Shown here piece by piece: positions 49,402 to 59,563 of a DNA stretch of 64,000 bases. The stretch covers positions 697-64,696 of the forward strand of contig DAOTXC010000195.1 of assembly GCA_034435555.1 (NCBI GenBank). The letters are read 5' to 3'. The position numbers and the translations under genes were made by a program. The stretch's first letter is position 1. Each line of letters begins with the position of its first letter. Under the pieces are notes generated by a model, which ran no database searches, was not told the DNA's origin, and worked only from the letters and a program-made list of their open reading frames with translations. Source of the stretch: Anaerolineae bacterium. GTDB taxonomy: Bacteria > Chloroflexota > Anaerolineae > B4-G1 > SLSP01.

Positions 49402-49914
49402 CTACGTTACCCGTCTGCCGCCTTTGAGCGAATCTTGTAACGCCATCAGCGCATCCCAATCCCCAGCCGCGGCCAATGCGGCCTGCTCCGGCCAGGTGGT
49501 AGGATCTGCAATCCGCCCAATCCCAGCATCATCGAGAATCACGCGCAGCATTGCCACATCCGAAGCTGCCAGCTGCGCAAAGGTACGGATCCCCGCATCC
49601 TGGAAGAGCCGGGAAATCTTTGGCCCGATCCCCTCAATGCGTCGCAGATCATCGGGAGCGCGCTCCTCTTTCTCCGAAATCTCGACCGCATTCGGCCCGC
49701 GGTCATCCTGCAAGACGACCCCCTGCCGCGCCTGGGGCGTTCTCCCACCCTCAGCTCTGCGTGATTCCTGGAGCCACCACCACAGCAACGTCAAGGTCAG
49801 AGAAATGATGAGACCCAATAACCACCATCCCCAGTCACAATCCTGAGCGTCCCGCTGCGCCGCTGCCCAGGGATTGATCTCAGCCCACCGACGTCGCTTC
49901 AATCTCGTTTCCAT
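49402..49914 (-). CDS. membrane protein with a C-terminal helix-hairpin-helix domain
   Basis: Start at METRLKRRRW. One TM helix (WWLLGLIISLTLTLLWWWL) and an IEGIGPKISRLFQDAGIRTFAQLA HhH motif. The first 29 codons of the listed ORF are unsupported. Confidence 0.4.
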   Translation of the reverse strand: METRLKRRRWAEINPWAAAQRDAQDCDWGWWLLGLIISLTLTLLWWWLQESRRAEGGRTPQARQGVVLQDDRGPNAVEISEKEERAPDDLRRIEGIGPKISRLFQDAGIRTFAQLAASDVAMLRVILDDAGIGRIADPTTWPEQAALAAAGDWDALMALQDSLKGGRRVT

Positions 49915-50059
49915 ATTGCACTCCTTGTCACTTTGGTTCAGGTCACCTCTGTTGACCTGAGTATACAACAGAACAGAAGGCATACCAAACAGGGGAGCCA
50001 AGTAGCGGGGGATAAAGAAAACAGCCGGGCGCGAAACCCGGCTATGATTTGATCACCCA

Positions 50060-50131
50060 TGGCGAAGGGCAGATTCGAACTGCCAACCAAGGGCTTATGA
50101 GTCCCCTGCTCTGCCATTGAGCTACCTCGCC
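50060..50131 (-). tRNA. tRNA-Met (anticodon CAT), elongator-like; tRNA-Ile2 cannot be excluded
   Basis: Cloverleaf with acceptor stem GGCGAGG/CTTCGCC, anticodon loop CTCATAA and T-loop TTCGAAT. There is an A31-G39 mismatch in the anticodon stem. Confidence 0.75.
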
Positions 50132-50140
50132 ATAAAAAAA

Positions 50141-50212
50141 TAGCGGGGGATGGATTCGAACCACCGACCTTCGGGTTATGAGCCCGACGAGCTGCCACTG
50201 CTCCACCCCGCA
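50141..50212 (-). tRNA. initiator-type tRNA-fMet (anticodon CAT)
   Basis: Anticodon arm TCGGG-CTCATAA-CCCGA with the three consecutive G:C pairs diagnostic of initiators. The 5' end GCGGGGTGGAGCAG matches initiator consensus. Position 1:72 is unpaired (U·U as encoded). Confidence 0.8.
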
Positions 50213-50287
50213 TCGTGCTCTCATTATACACGGTCTTGAAAATACGTCAAGTCACCACGAGATGCCGCCCACAAGCAACATCAGCGA

Positions 50288-50941
50288 CTAAGCCAGCTGA
50301 CTGCTTTGCCCGCCCGGCAAGGTAGTGATGGGGCGGCATTGCAGCAGGTAGAGCTGCCCCTGCTGGAAGGCGCACTCCAGATCCACCGGCCAGCCCTGGC
50401 TCTGCTCCAAGGCGATGGCGAGCCGCGTAAGGGACACGATTTGCTCGGTGCTGAGGACGGCCTCGCGCCGCAAGCTGCGCGGCACCGCCACCTCGCACGT
50501 ACCCTGCGGACGGGCCACTGTCATCCACTGCTTGTCGGCAATCTCGCGGAGGCGCACGGTATAGTCAGATTTTTGCACCACGTAGAGATCGGGGGTGACG
50601 GCGCCGCCAACCAGGCTCTCACCCAGGCCCCAGGTGGCGTTGATGACAACCCTGTCGCGCGCGCCGCTGCGCGGATCCGCGCTAAAGACCACCGCCGATA
50701 TATCTGCCATGACCAGCTGTTGCACCAACACCGCGATGCCGCTCGCCGGGGTCAGTCCGTGCGCCTGCCGATAGTGTTGGGCGCGCTCCGTATGCACCGA
50801 TTCGAGACACCGCAACACGGCCTCAGTCACCGCCTCCGCACCGATGATGTTGAGGTAGCTTTCATGCTGCCCGGCGAAAGAAGCTGTAGCGCCATCCTCG
50901 TCCACAGCGGAAGAGCGGACCGCCACCGAAGGGGCCGGCAT
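50288..50941 (-). pseudogene. PEP/pyruvate-binding (PPDK_N, ATP-grasp) domain fragment lacking its N-terminal part
   Basis: SVAVRSSAVDEDGATASFAGQHESYLNIIGAEAV...WPVDLECAF..GQLYLLQCRPIT matches the C-terminal roughly 215 aa of the nucleotide-binding domain of PEP synthase/rifampin-phosphotransferase-type enzymes. The upstream part of the listed ORF is a translated terminator hairpin. Confidence 0.5.
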
Positions 50942-51000
50942 ACCGCACTTTTCGCCGAGCCGGGTATAAGTCAACGCCACATCAAATGAAAGATTTATCG

Positions 51001-51047
51001 CAAAAAACAAGAAATCGGGGCAACATACAGCTGTTGCCCCGATTGCA
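51001..51047 (-). terminator. strong intrinsic terminator directly after the 51066..52760 gene
   Basis: Perfect 13-bp stem AATCGGGGCAACA-gctgta-TGTTGCCCCGATT followed on the minus strand by TCTTGTTTTTTG. Confidence 0.75.
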
Positions 51048-51065
51048 ACTGATCTCAAACACAAA

Positions 51066-52760
51066 TTACAACAAGGTCACGATCCCCTGATCCCCATCCA
51101 CCTCAATCAGCTGCCCATCTTGGATCTGCTCCGTAGCGAATCGCGTCCCTACAACGGCGGGCAGGCGATACTCGCGGGAGAGCACCGCGCCGTGAGAGAG
51201 TAAGCCCCCGGCATCAGTCACCACGCCCGCTGCCGTCAAAAAGAGCGGCGTCCAGGGCGGGGCGGTGGTGATGGTGACAAGAATATCCCCTTTCTCCAGG
51301 CGATGCGCCTCCGCCAGAGTGCGGATAATGCGCGCGCGTCCGCGCACTTTGCCGGAGGAAGCAGCCTGTCCGCGCAGTACCCGCTCGTTGCCGGCGGCAG
51401 GTCTGGACTCGGCGATATGCCCGCCCAGATAGCGCAATGTCCGCCGCGCCTCCGGCGAGTAGAGGTAGATCGGTTCAGCGGGGCGCACACCCAGCTCGCG
51501 CGGTTCCTCATATTGCTCCCAATAGGCCAGTTCCGCCCGCCGCTGTTGCACGAGAGCGCGCCTGTCCTGCTGCGGATCGGCAATCATCCCGCGCAGTTCG
51601 TCCAGCGTCAGATAGAAGACATCGTCCGAGCGATTCAACCATCCGGCGCGGGCAAAGCGCCCCCCCCACTCGTGGAAGATGCGATGAATCCACCCAAACC
51701 CGTTGAAGTCAATGTAGTAGGCGTGATTCTCGGTCAACACCAGCGCGATCTGCGCCGCTTTGAGCAGCTGTTCGAAGCGCGCCACCACTGGCGCGGGATA
51801 GCCAATCAGCGCCGCGCGCGCATCAGCGATGGCCGCCTCGCGCAAGGCCACAGTCTCCGCTTGTTCCGCGACTAAATCGCGATCCGGCTGCACGACACAG
51901 GTCTTGAGACTGTTGATCACTGGCGTGGGATCATCATACCAGGTGGGGCGACACCAATCCCACAAATTGGCGCGATGCCCATACGTTTCCAGGAAGGCCC
52001 ACACCTCCTGCCAGAAAGCGCGCCCTTCGGCAAACGTGTGCAACGCAGCAGCAACCTCTTGCGCCGGACGCTCCAGAAGAATCTGATAGACCGCCTCCTC
52101 AGCGCGCGCCAACCGGCTAAGCCGCCAGAGCGCCCGCCCAATTTCCAGCGTCTTATTATCGAAGCCCTGCAACAGACGGTGGGCGTCTAGTTCACTCTTT
52201 TCGGGAAAAAGATCGCAGTAGCACGTCACAAATTCATCCAGCGCAAACCACATCGGCGCGCCCATGCGGAAGTGGATCTCGTAAAGGTGACTACCGCGCT
52301 GGATGCTCTCCTCGGTATGCGCCGCCAACGCCGCGTCATCCGCACCCTCCAGATCGAATTCCCGCCAGAAGTCCCAGTGCGCTTCCAGGGCCGGTTTCCA
52401 TTCTTTCTCCCACACCTCATTGAGACGCAAGGTGATCGCCAGCAGTCGCTCGCGGTTGCGCTTCATGCGCGCCTCGACCTCGTCAGACATCCCCTGAAAC
52501 GGGATCACTGCCATATAGAGATAATGATTGATCCGCCAGTCGTACCGGCGCGCAATCGCCTCTTCGTAAAGCGGTGCGACCCGATCGCGGCTGGCAATCG
52601 CCATCACGCCGGACGCGCTGAACATCAACGGCATGATAGGATCGGGCAGATGCTCATAATCGCGGATCCAGTGGAAGGTATCCCATTCCGCCTGCGGCCA
52701 GACGACCGGGAAATCATCGGGAGCGGGTAACTTGATTCCAGATAAAACTTGGTTAGCCAT
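51066..52760 (-). CDS. PEP-utilising-enzyme mobile (phosphohistidine) domain protein with a large N-terminal helical domain (rifampin-phosphotransferase-like central and C-terminal parts, no ATP-grasp)
   Basis: C-terminal GQAASSGKVRGRARII...GDILVTITTAPPWTPLFLTAAGVVTDAGGLLSHGAVLSREYRLPAVVG is the PEP-utilisers phosphohistidine swivel domain. Confidence 0.65.
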   Translation of the reverse strand: MANQVLSGIKLPAPDDFPVVWPQAEWDTFHWIRDYEHLPDPIMPLMFSASGVMAIASRDRVAPLYEEAIARRYDWRINHYLYMAVIPFQGMSDEVEARMKRNRERLLAITLRLNEVWEKEWKPALEAHWDFWREFDLEGADDAALAAHTEESIQRGSHLYEIHFRMGAPMWFALDEFVTCYCDLFPEKSELDAHRLLQGFDNKTLEIGRALWRLSRLARAEEAVYQILLERPAQEVAAALHTFAEGRAFWQEVWAFLETYGHRANLWDWCRPTWYDDPTPVINSLKTCVVQPDRDLVAEQAETVALREAAIADARAALIGYPAPVVARFEQLLKAAQIALVLTENHAYYIDFNGFGWIHRIFHEWGGRFARAGWLNRSDDVFYLTLDELRGMIADPQQDRRALVQQRRAELAYWEQYEEPRELGVRPAEPIYLYSPEARRTLRYLGGHIAESRPAAGNERVLRGQAASSGKVRGRARIIRTLAEAHRLEKGDILVTITTAPPWTPLFLTAAGVVTDAGGLLSHGAVLSREYRLPAVVGTRFATEQIQDGQLIEVDGDQGIVTLL

Positions 52761-52970
52761 TGCAACCTCCTCAACACTGACGATTGTTTATGCTTTTAGC
52801 ATACAGGCAAACCCGACCACGGCTATGACCTACGTCACAGCGCCCCGCAGCCCCGTAAAGGACAATTGACGCCCTACTCAACTCATATTATACTGGAAGC
52901 GTAACGAAGAAACCCTTTCATTCCAGATCCAAAAATCATAGAGTCTCTCTGACTACTTGCGGAGGAAAAC

Positions 52971-54632
52971 ATGCAACCATTCGGCACAGTGGCGCTCGGC
53001 CCTTATCAAGAAGCCGTTGCCACAACCCTACAAGAATTGGCTGAACAACGCGCCATCGCGCGCATATGGGAACGCGATTTCACCCTCTGGCAGCCCGAAC
53101 CCACCGAAATCGCCAATCGCCTGGGCTGGCTCGATATTCCTGAGGAGCTCTACGGGCAACTGGATATGCTCAACAATGTCTTAAGCGAAGCCGCCTGCGC
53201 CAGCCGCTACACACACGCCCTCGTGCTGGGGATGGGCGGCTCCAGCCTCGCCCCGGAGCTCTTCGGCAAGGTCTTCGGCGATGACGCGCCAGGCGGATGC
53301 TACCCCACCCCGCGACTCCACCTCGCCATTCTCGATAGCACCGCCCCCGCCAACGTGCGCGCCGCCGCCGACGCCCTCGACCCGGCTCGCGCCCTCTTCG
53401 TCGTCTCCACCAAGTCTGGCGGCACCGTGGAGACGCTCTCCTTTATGAAGCACTTCTACAACTGGACCGCCGCCGCGCTCGGCAAGGAGCGGGCGGGCGA
53501 GCATTTCATCGCCATCACTGACCCCCGCAGCAAGCTCGTCACGCTGGCGGAACAGCTAGGCTTTCGCGGCAAGTTCCTCAACAATCCCAATATCGGGGGA
53601 CGTTACTCCGCCCTCTCATATTTCGGATTGATCCCCGCTGCGCTCGCTGGCGTGAACGTGGCCCAACTGCTCAAACGCGCGCTGACAATGCGCAGAGCTT
53701 GCCAGCACGAAGCCCCCGCCGCCAATCCGGGTGCCTGGCTCGGCGCGGTCATGGCCACACTGACGCAGGCCGGACGCGATAAGCTCACGCTCATCGTCTC
53801 CGAACCCCTCGCCAGCTTCGGCGATTGGGTCGAGCAGCTCGTCGCCGAGAGCACCGGCAAGGCCGCTGTCGGCATCCTCCCCGTCGTCGGCGAACCCCTC
53901 GGCTCACCGGAGGTCTACGGCGAAGATCGCCTCTTCGTCCACCTGCGCCTGGCGGATGATGACACGCACGATGCGGGCGTCGCCGCCCTGAGCGCGGCAG
54001 GCCATCCCGTCATCCGCATCGACCTGGACGACATCTACGATCTGGGGCCGCAATTCTTCCTCTGGGAATTCGCCACCGCCATCGCCAGCGCCCGTCTGGG
54101 CATCAATCCCTACGACCAACCCAACGTCGAGGCCGCCAAGGTGCTGGCACGGCAGCTGGTCGAATCCTACACCGAAGAGGGTACGCTACCTGAAAGCACC
54201 CCCGCGCCTCTCACCCCCGCTGCGCTGGAAGCCTTTCTCGTGCAGGCGCAACCCGGCGACTACATCGCCATCCAGGCTTACGTGCCCACCACGCCAGAGA
54301 CCGACGCGGCGCTCCAGGCCCTGCGCACCCGGCTGCGCGAGCGCACCCGGCTGGCGACCACCGTCGGGTATGGGCCACGCTACCTGCACTCCACCGGCCA
54401 GCTCCACAAAGGTGACGCCGGCAACGGCCTCTTCATCCACTTCACCGCCGATATCCAACAAGACCTCCCCATCCCTGACGCGGCAGGCAGCGAGGCAAGC
54501 GCCCTCACCTTCGGCGTGCTCCAAACCGCCCAGGCGTTCGGAGATCGCCAGGCCCTGCTCGATGCCGGGCGGCGTGTCATTCACTTCCACCTAAGTGCGG
54601 ACGTCGTCGCGGACATCGAGACATTGTTGTAG
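52971..54632 (+). CDS. pgi: glucose-6-phosphate isomerase (SIS-domain PGI)
   Basis: HALVLGMGGSSLAPE SIS motif, 553 aa, at the head of an oxidative pentose-phosphate cluster. Confidence 0.8.
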   Translation: MQPFGTVALGPYQEAVATTLQELAEQRAIARIWERDFTLWQPEPTEIANRLGWLDIPEELYGQLDMLNNVLSEAACASRYTHALVLGMGGSSLAPELFGKVFGDDAPGGCYPTPRLHLAILDSTAPANVRAAADALDPARALFVVSTKSGGTVETLSFMKHFYNWTAAALGKERAGEHFIAITDPRSKLVTLAEQLGFRGKFLNNPNIGGRYSALSYFGLIPAALAGVNVAQLLKRALTMRRACQHEAPAANPGAWLGAVMATLTQAGRDKLTLIVSEPLASFGDWVEQLVAESTGKAAVGILPVVGEPLGSPEVYGEDRLFVHLRLADDDTHDAGVAALSAAGHPVIRIDLDDIYDLGPQFFLWEFATAIASARLGINPYDQPNVEAAKVLARQLVESYTEEGTLPESTPAPLTPAALEAFLVQAQPGDYIAIQAYVPTTPETDAALQALRTRLRERTRLATTVGYGPRYLHSTGQLHKGDAGNGLFIHFTADIQQDLPIPDAAGSEASALTFGVLQTAQAFGDRQALLDAGRRVIHFHLSADVVADIETLL

Positions 54633-54707
54633 AATACGTTGCGCGAACTGAGTTCACGTCAGGTACACGCCACCTCTATTTTTAGGAGATAAAAGATACA
54701 GCTCGCT

Positions 54708-55572
54708 ATGATTGGATTGGGAAAAATGGGCGCAAATATGACTCAGCGCCTGCTCAACAACGGCCACGAGGTCGTCATCTACGATCTCGACGCAGCGGCC
54801 ATCCAGCGCGCCGAAGAGACCGGCGCGGTGGGCGCGCGGTCGCTGAGCGAACTCGCCGCCCAGCTACGCCCGCCCCGCATCGTCTGGATGATGGTCCCGG
54901 CTGGCGAAGCGATTGAAAAGACGATCAACGGACCTCGCCCCGCTGCTCGAACCGGGCGACATCCTGATTGACGGGGGGAATAGCAACTACCGCGACACCC
55001 TGCGCCGCGCGGCGCTGCTCAAGGCAATGGAAGTCCACTTCGTTGATGTGGGCGTCAGCGGCGGCGTTTGGGGCCTTACCGAAGGGTACAGCCTGATGAT
55101 CGGCGGCGACCCCCAGGCGGTGGCCCGGCTGCGTCCTATCTTCGAGACGCTGGCCCCGGCCCCGGACAAAGGTTGGGGACACGTCGGCATCACCGGCGCG
55201 GGCCACTTCACCAAGATGATCCACAACGGGATCGAATACGGGCTGATGCAGGCTTACGCCGAGGGCTTTGAGCTCCTCAAAGCGCGCGAGGAGTTCGCGC
55301 TCGATCTCCACCAGGTGGCCGAAATCTGGCGCTACGGCAGCGTGGTGCGCTCCTGGCTGCTGGATCTGACCGCCAACGCGCTCGCCGAGGATCAGGCGCT
55401 CAGCGACATCCAGGGCTGGGTGGCCGATTCTGGCGAGGGCCGCTGGACCGTCTACGAAGCCATCGAGCTCGACGTGCCCGCCCCCATCATCACGCTGGCG
55501 CTGCAACAGCGCTTTGTCAGTCGGCAGACTGAGAGCTTCGCCGCCAAGTTGCTCGCCGCGCTGCGCAACCAG
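54708..55572 (+). CDS. gnd: 6-phosphogluconate dehydrogenase (decarboxylating)-like, short Gnd/YqeC type; reading frame interrupted by a +1 frameshift near 54929-54930
   Basis: [11 protein letters not shown] Rossmann start in frame 0 up to ...AIEKTIN. The continuation [18 protein letters not shown]...[14 protein letters not shown]...[10 protein letters not shown] is in frame +1 after one extra G (aacGgacctc). Frame 0 then hits a stop at 54971. Confidence 0.65.
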
Positions 55573-56790
55573 TGCTGGGACGAGTTCGCCAACCGCCACC
55601 ATTACCTCATCGGCAGCCACGAAGACCCCCAGACCTACCAAGACCTGGCCGAGCGGCTGGCCCAACTCGACGCTGAGAAGGGCACCGAGGGCAACCGGCT
55701 CTTCTACCTGGCGATTCCCCCCAGCCTCTATCCCATCGTGGTGGAGCAGCTGGGACGCGCGGGCCTCAATCACAGCGCCGGCTGGACGCGCATCATCGTC
55801 GAGAAGCCCTTCGGCCACGATCTTGCCAGCGCCCAGGCGCTCAACGCCTGCCTCCACAACGTCTTCAGCGAAGAGCAGGTCTATCGCATTGATCATTATC
55901 TGGGCAAGGAGACCGTCCAGAACATTCTCACCTTCCGCCTGGCTAATGCCATCTTCGAGCCGCTGTGGAACCGCAATTACGTTGACCATGTGCAGATCAC
56001 CGTAGCCGAAGAGGTCCTTGTGGGGCGACGCGCAGGCTACTACGACCAATCCGGCGTACTGCGCGATATGTTCCAGAATCACCTGCTGCAATTGCTCACC
56101 CTCACCGCCATGGAACCGCCCCCGGCCTGGAACGCCCGCTTCCTGCGCGATGAGAAGGTCAAGGTGCTGCACGCCCTGCGTCCCATCCACCCAGAGGATC
56201 TGGTGCTGGGGCGCTATGCGGGCTATCTGGATGAGGAGGGCGTCGCGCCCGATTCGCGCACGCCCACCTACGCCGCGCTGCGCCTCTACGTGGACAACTG
56301 GCGCTGGCAAGGCGTCCCCTTTTACCTGCGCTCCGGCAAGGGGCTACCCACCAAACTCTCCGAAATCACGCTGCAATTCAAGCGCGTGCCGCACCTGCTC
56401 TTTGCGTCCAGCGAAACGCTCGCGCCGAACCGCCTTTCGATCTGCCTGCAACCCGATGAGAGCATCCACCTGCACTTCGAGACCAAGGTCCCTGGCGCGG
56501 GGATGCGCACCACGCCGGTGGATATGGCCTTCCACTACGGGGAGGATTTCGGCGAGAGCGCGCTGCCGGAGGCCTACGAGCGCCTGCTGCTCGATGCGTT
56601 GCAGGGCGACGCGGCCCTCTTCGCCCGCGCCGATGAGATCGAGCGCGCCTGGGAGCTCGTTGACCCGCTCACGACGGATCCGCGCACGCCCTCGGAGTAC
56701 GCGCCCGGCAGCTGGGGGCCAACTGAGGCCGACGCCCTGATCCAGCAACAACACTGCGGCTGGTATCTGGGTTGTCAACACGATGGCTGA
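55573..56790 (+). CDS. zwf: glucose-6-phosphate dehydrogenase, contiguous in frame with the gnd-like region and lacking the canonical N-terminal GxxGDLA NADP-binding segment
   Basis: [36 protein letters not shown] and the signature RIDHYLGKE, with a complete C-terminal domain. No stop separates it from the gnd-like part, and no GxxGDLA is found in any frame upstream. Confidence 0.75.
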   Translation, partial: CWDEFANRHHYLIGSHEDPQTYQDLAERLAQLDAEKGTEGNRLFYLAIPPSLYPIVVEQLGRAGLNHSAGWTRIIVEKPFGHDLASAQALNACLHNVFSEEQVYRIDHYLGKETVQNILTFRLANAIFEPLWNRNYVDHVQITVAEEVLVGRRAGYYDQSGVLRDMFQNHLLQLLTLTAMEPPPAWNARFLRDEKVKVLHALRPIHPEDLVLGRYAGYLDEEGVAPDSRTPTYAALRLYVDNWRWQGVPFYLRSGKGLPTKLSEITLQFKRVPHLLFASSETLAPNRLSICLQPDESIHLHFETKVPGAGMRTTPVDMAFHYGEDFGESALPEAYERLLLDALQGDAALFARADEIERAWELVDPLTTDPRTPSEYAPGSWGPTEADALIQQQHCGWYLGCQHDG

Positions 56791-57589
56791 GGGCGAGCTG
56801 CACATCTTTGCCGATCAGGCGGCATTGGCGCGTGGCGTCGCCGAGCACATCGCCGACCGCGCCGTAGCTGCCATCGCCGCGCGGGGGCGCTTCACGCTGG
56901 CGCTGGCGGGAGGTAGCACCCCGCGCCCGGCCTACCCCCGGCTGGCGCAGCCTGCTTTTGCTCAACGCATCGCCTGGGCGCACGTGCATCTCTTCTGGGG
57001 CGATGAGCGTTGCGTTCCGCCACACCATCCCGACAGCAACTACCGCATGGCCCACGAGGCGCTGCTCGCCCACGTTCCCATCCCGCCCGCCAACATCCAT
57101 CGGATGCGTGGCGAACTGCCACCTGAAATCGCAGCAACGGCTTACGCCGCTTCACTACGCGAAGTTTTTGAGGAAACATCCCTCCCCCGCTTTGATCTCA
57201 TTCTGCTGGGATTGGGGGAGGACGGCCACACGGCCTCGCTCTTCCCCGGCGGCGACGCCCTCCACGAGCAAACGCGCTGGGTCGTCGCCCACTACGTCGA
57301 AAAACTTGCCGCCTGGCAACTGACGCTCACGCCGCCCGTGATCAACGCCGCAGCGGGAATCTGCTTCGTCGTCGCCGGTGCGGACAAAGCCGCGCGGCTC
57401 CACGAGGTGCGGCACGGCCCTTACGCCCAAACCCACCTCCCCGCACAGCAGGACGGCTCTATTGGCTGGTTGATAGCGCCGCAGCCGGAAAATGATCTTC
57501 CCCAAAAGCGACGTGGGCCAGATTGGCAATCCGGCCCACGTTTTGATGTCAAAATCAGGGCTACGCAACGTAGCCGCGATGCACTTTAG
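56783..57589 (+). CDS. pgl: 6-phosphogluconolactonase
   Basis: [20 protein letters not shown] and [15 protein letters not shown] motifs. The start overlaps the zwf stop. Confidence 0.85.
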   Translation: MAEGELHIFADQAALARGVAEHIADRAVAAIAARGRFTLALAGGSTPRPAYPRLAQPAFAQRIAWAHVHLFWGDERCVPPHHPDSNYRMAHEALLAHVPIPPANIHRMRGELPPEIAATAYAASLREVFEETSLPRFDLILLGLGEDGHTASLFPGGDALHEQTRWVVAHYVEKLAAWQLTLTPPVINAAAGICFVVAGADKAARLHEVRHGPYAQTHLPAQQDGSIGWLIAPQPENDLPQKRRGPDWQSGPRFDVKIRATQRSRDAL

Positions 57590-58449
57590 GGCAGTTCCGG
57601 GAACTCCGCCATCGGGGCATAGACCAATCCGACCAATCCAGGGCCGGTATGCGCGCCCAGAACCGGCGCAATAGGGCCGATGGGCAACCAGGTGCATTCG
57701 AAGCGCTCTGCCAGATGCGCGTGCAACTTCTCAGCCCCCTCAGGATTGTTACCGTGGAGTATCTGGAAACGCATCGCCGTGCCGGGCGGGTACTTCTCCA
57801 TCACCAGCTTGGCGATATGCTTGATGGCGCGGTCGAGGGTGCGCGCCTGCCCCCACTGGTCGTAGATGCCCTGCTCCTTCTCTACGCCGATGACCGGCTT
57901 GATCTGCAACACGGAGGCGACCAAGCCCTTGAGATGGCTGATCCGCCCGCCGTGGACGAGATATTTGAGCGTCGCCAGCGTATACATCGTATCCGTGGCG
58001 GCCTGCACCTGCTCCAACAGCGCGAGCGTCTGCTCCATTGACCACCCGGCCCGCGCCGCGCGCGCCGCTGCTTCAACGTGCCAGCCCTGCGCACCGGAGA
58101 GCGTCTTGGTGTCGAAGAAGGCGATGCGCGCCTCCGGCACAAGCTTGGCCCCCTCGCGGGCGGTGTTGAAGGTACCGCTCAGCCCAGAGGAGATATGGAT
58201 CGAGAGAATCTCTGGATCAATCTTGGCGAGCTCCCGATAGAGCTCCGCGAATTCGCCCGCAGAGGGCAACGAGGTCGTGGGCATCCCCTTGCTGCTCTCC
58301 AATAGATCATAAAAAGCATCGGGTTGAATATCCACACCGCTGCGATAGGTCTGCCCATCCAGGGTAAAGATCAAGGGAATTGTGTGAAATTCCAACCCCT
58401 CGCATTGCTCCGGTGAAAGATCAACGCCGCTATCTGTTAAAACTAACAT
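57586..58449 (-). CDS. DegV-family fatty-acid-binding protein
   Basis: MLVLTDSGVDL start and the DegV fold pattern (SIHISSGLSGTFNTA). Confidence 0.85.
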   Translation of the reverse strand: MLVLTDSGVDLSPEQCEGLEFHTIPLIFTLDGQTYRSGVDIQPDAFYDLLESSKGMPTTSLPSAGEFAELYRELAKIDPEILSIHISSGLSGTFNTAREGAKLVPEARIAFFDTKTLSGAQGWHVEAAARAARAGWSMEQTLALLEQVQAATDTMYTLATLKYLVHGGRISHLKGLVASVLQIKPVIGVEKEQGIYDQWGQARTLDRAIKHIAKLVMEKYPPGTAMRFQILHGNNPEGAEKLHAHLAERFECTWLPIGPIAPVLGAHTGPGLVGLVYAPMAEFPELP

Positions 58450-58536
58450 CGCTCTTACCTCCCCTTCTAGCCGTTAGAAATTACGAATTAGCCTACCACG
58501 TTTTGAGATTTTGCGCAACTCTCGCCGAAGAGTGCG

Positions 58537-59289
58537 TCAATTACGTTGCCGCGTCGCCACCCGGGCCAACAAGACTCCGATCTCGTACAGCACTACAAAA
58601 GGGGCTGTGACCAACAACATCGTGATGGGATCGGTGGTGGGCGTCACCACCGCAGCAGCGAGCGCCGCCAGGAACCAGACCGGTCGCCGCGCCTTCGACA
58701 GCTGGGCCGGCGTCACCCAGCCGATCCGCGCCACGGCATAGACCACGAGCGGGGTCTGGAAAATCAGCCCCATCCACACCAACAGCGTGCTGACAAAGTG
58801 CAGGTAGTTTTCGAGCGAATAGATGGGCCGGACCACATCGCCCAAGAAGCTCAGTAACACGGGCATACTCAGCCCCACGAGCACCTCCACCGTAAAGAGC
58901 GCGCCGGCCAGGAAGAGGAGCAGCGCCAGCGGGATGCCCCACACGAAGATTTTACGTTCCTCTGGGCGTAGGCCGGGGCGGATGAAGGCGTAGATTTGAT
59001 AGAGGATGTACGGCAGCGCGACCGCCAATCCCGCAACCAGCGCCACCTGGAAGTACATGACAGGCGCTTCGGTCGGGGATAACGCCACCAGCTCGATATC
59101 TTGCAGCGGACGCACCAGCCAGAGGATGATCCATTCGCTCGCCACGACGGCGATCAGTGTCGCCAGCAGCCAAAAGAGCGCCGCTCGTAGCAGGCGCTGC
59201 CGCAATTCGCGGATATGCGCCAGGAGCGGCATGGCGACGTCATCAGAGACGGAATGTGGCGGCGCTTCAGGCGGGGGGAGGGCCGTCAT
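58537..59289 (-). CDS. tatC: twin-arginine translocase subunit TatC
   Basis: AGGAG 7 nt upstream of ATG. HIRELRQRLL is followed by six TM helices typical of TatC. Confidence 0.9.
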   Translation of the reverse strand: MTALPPPEAPPHSVSDDVAMPLLAHIRELRQRLLRAALFWLLATLIAVVASEWIILWLVRPLQDIELVALSPTEAPVMYFQVALVAGLAVALPYILYQIYAFIRPGLRPEERKIFVWGIPLALLLFLAGALFTVEVLVGLSMPVLLSFLGDVVRPIYSLENYLHFVSTLLVWMGLIFQTPLVVYAVARIGWVTPAQLSKARRPVWFLAALAAAVVTPTTDPITMLLVTAPFVVLYEIGVLLARVATRQRN

Positions 59290-59557
59290 GGGGGGACTCC
59301 TGATCCCAGGGGGTGCGGCGTAGCTCCTGCGTTACCGATTGTACCTCGCGCCAGGCAGCGTCGAGATCATCATCGTCTTCTTCAAGCAAAGCTTGCAAAT
59401 CCAGCGATTCAACCGCTTGCGCCCAGAGCCGCTGCAAGACACGGATATATTTCCCGGCGCGCCTGACGAACTTGATGATGTCTTCAGGGCCAAAGAGCAC
59501 CAACGCCAACAGGAGCAGTACCAGCAGCTCCCAGCCGCCGGTATTGAAGAGTTCCAT
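59267..59557 (-). CDS. tatB: TatA/TatB-family Sec-independent translocase protein (TatB-like, acidic C-terminus)
   Basis: N-terminal TM plus amphipathic helix (WELLVLLLLALVLFGPEDI) and an EEDDDD-rich tail. The gene overlaps the tatC start. Confidence 0.7.
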   Translation of the reverse strand: MELFNTGGWELLVLLLLALVLFGPEDIIKFVRRAGKYIRVLQRLWAQAVESLDLQALLEEDDDDLDAAWREVQSVTQELRRTPWDQESPHDGPPPA

Positions 59558-59563
59558 CTGCGC

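Noticed and set aside
50042-50231. Small ORFs (60-97 aa) over the tRNA-Met pair
   Set aside because: They are entirely explained by the two tRNA genes.
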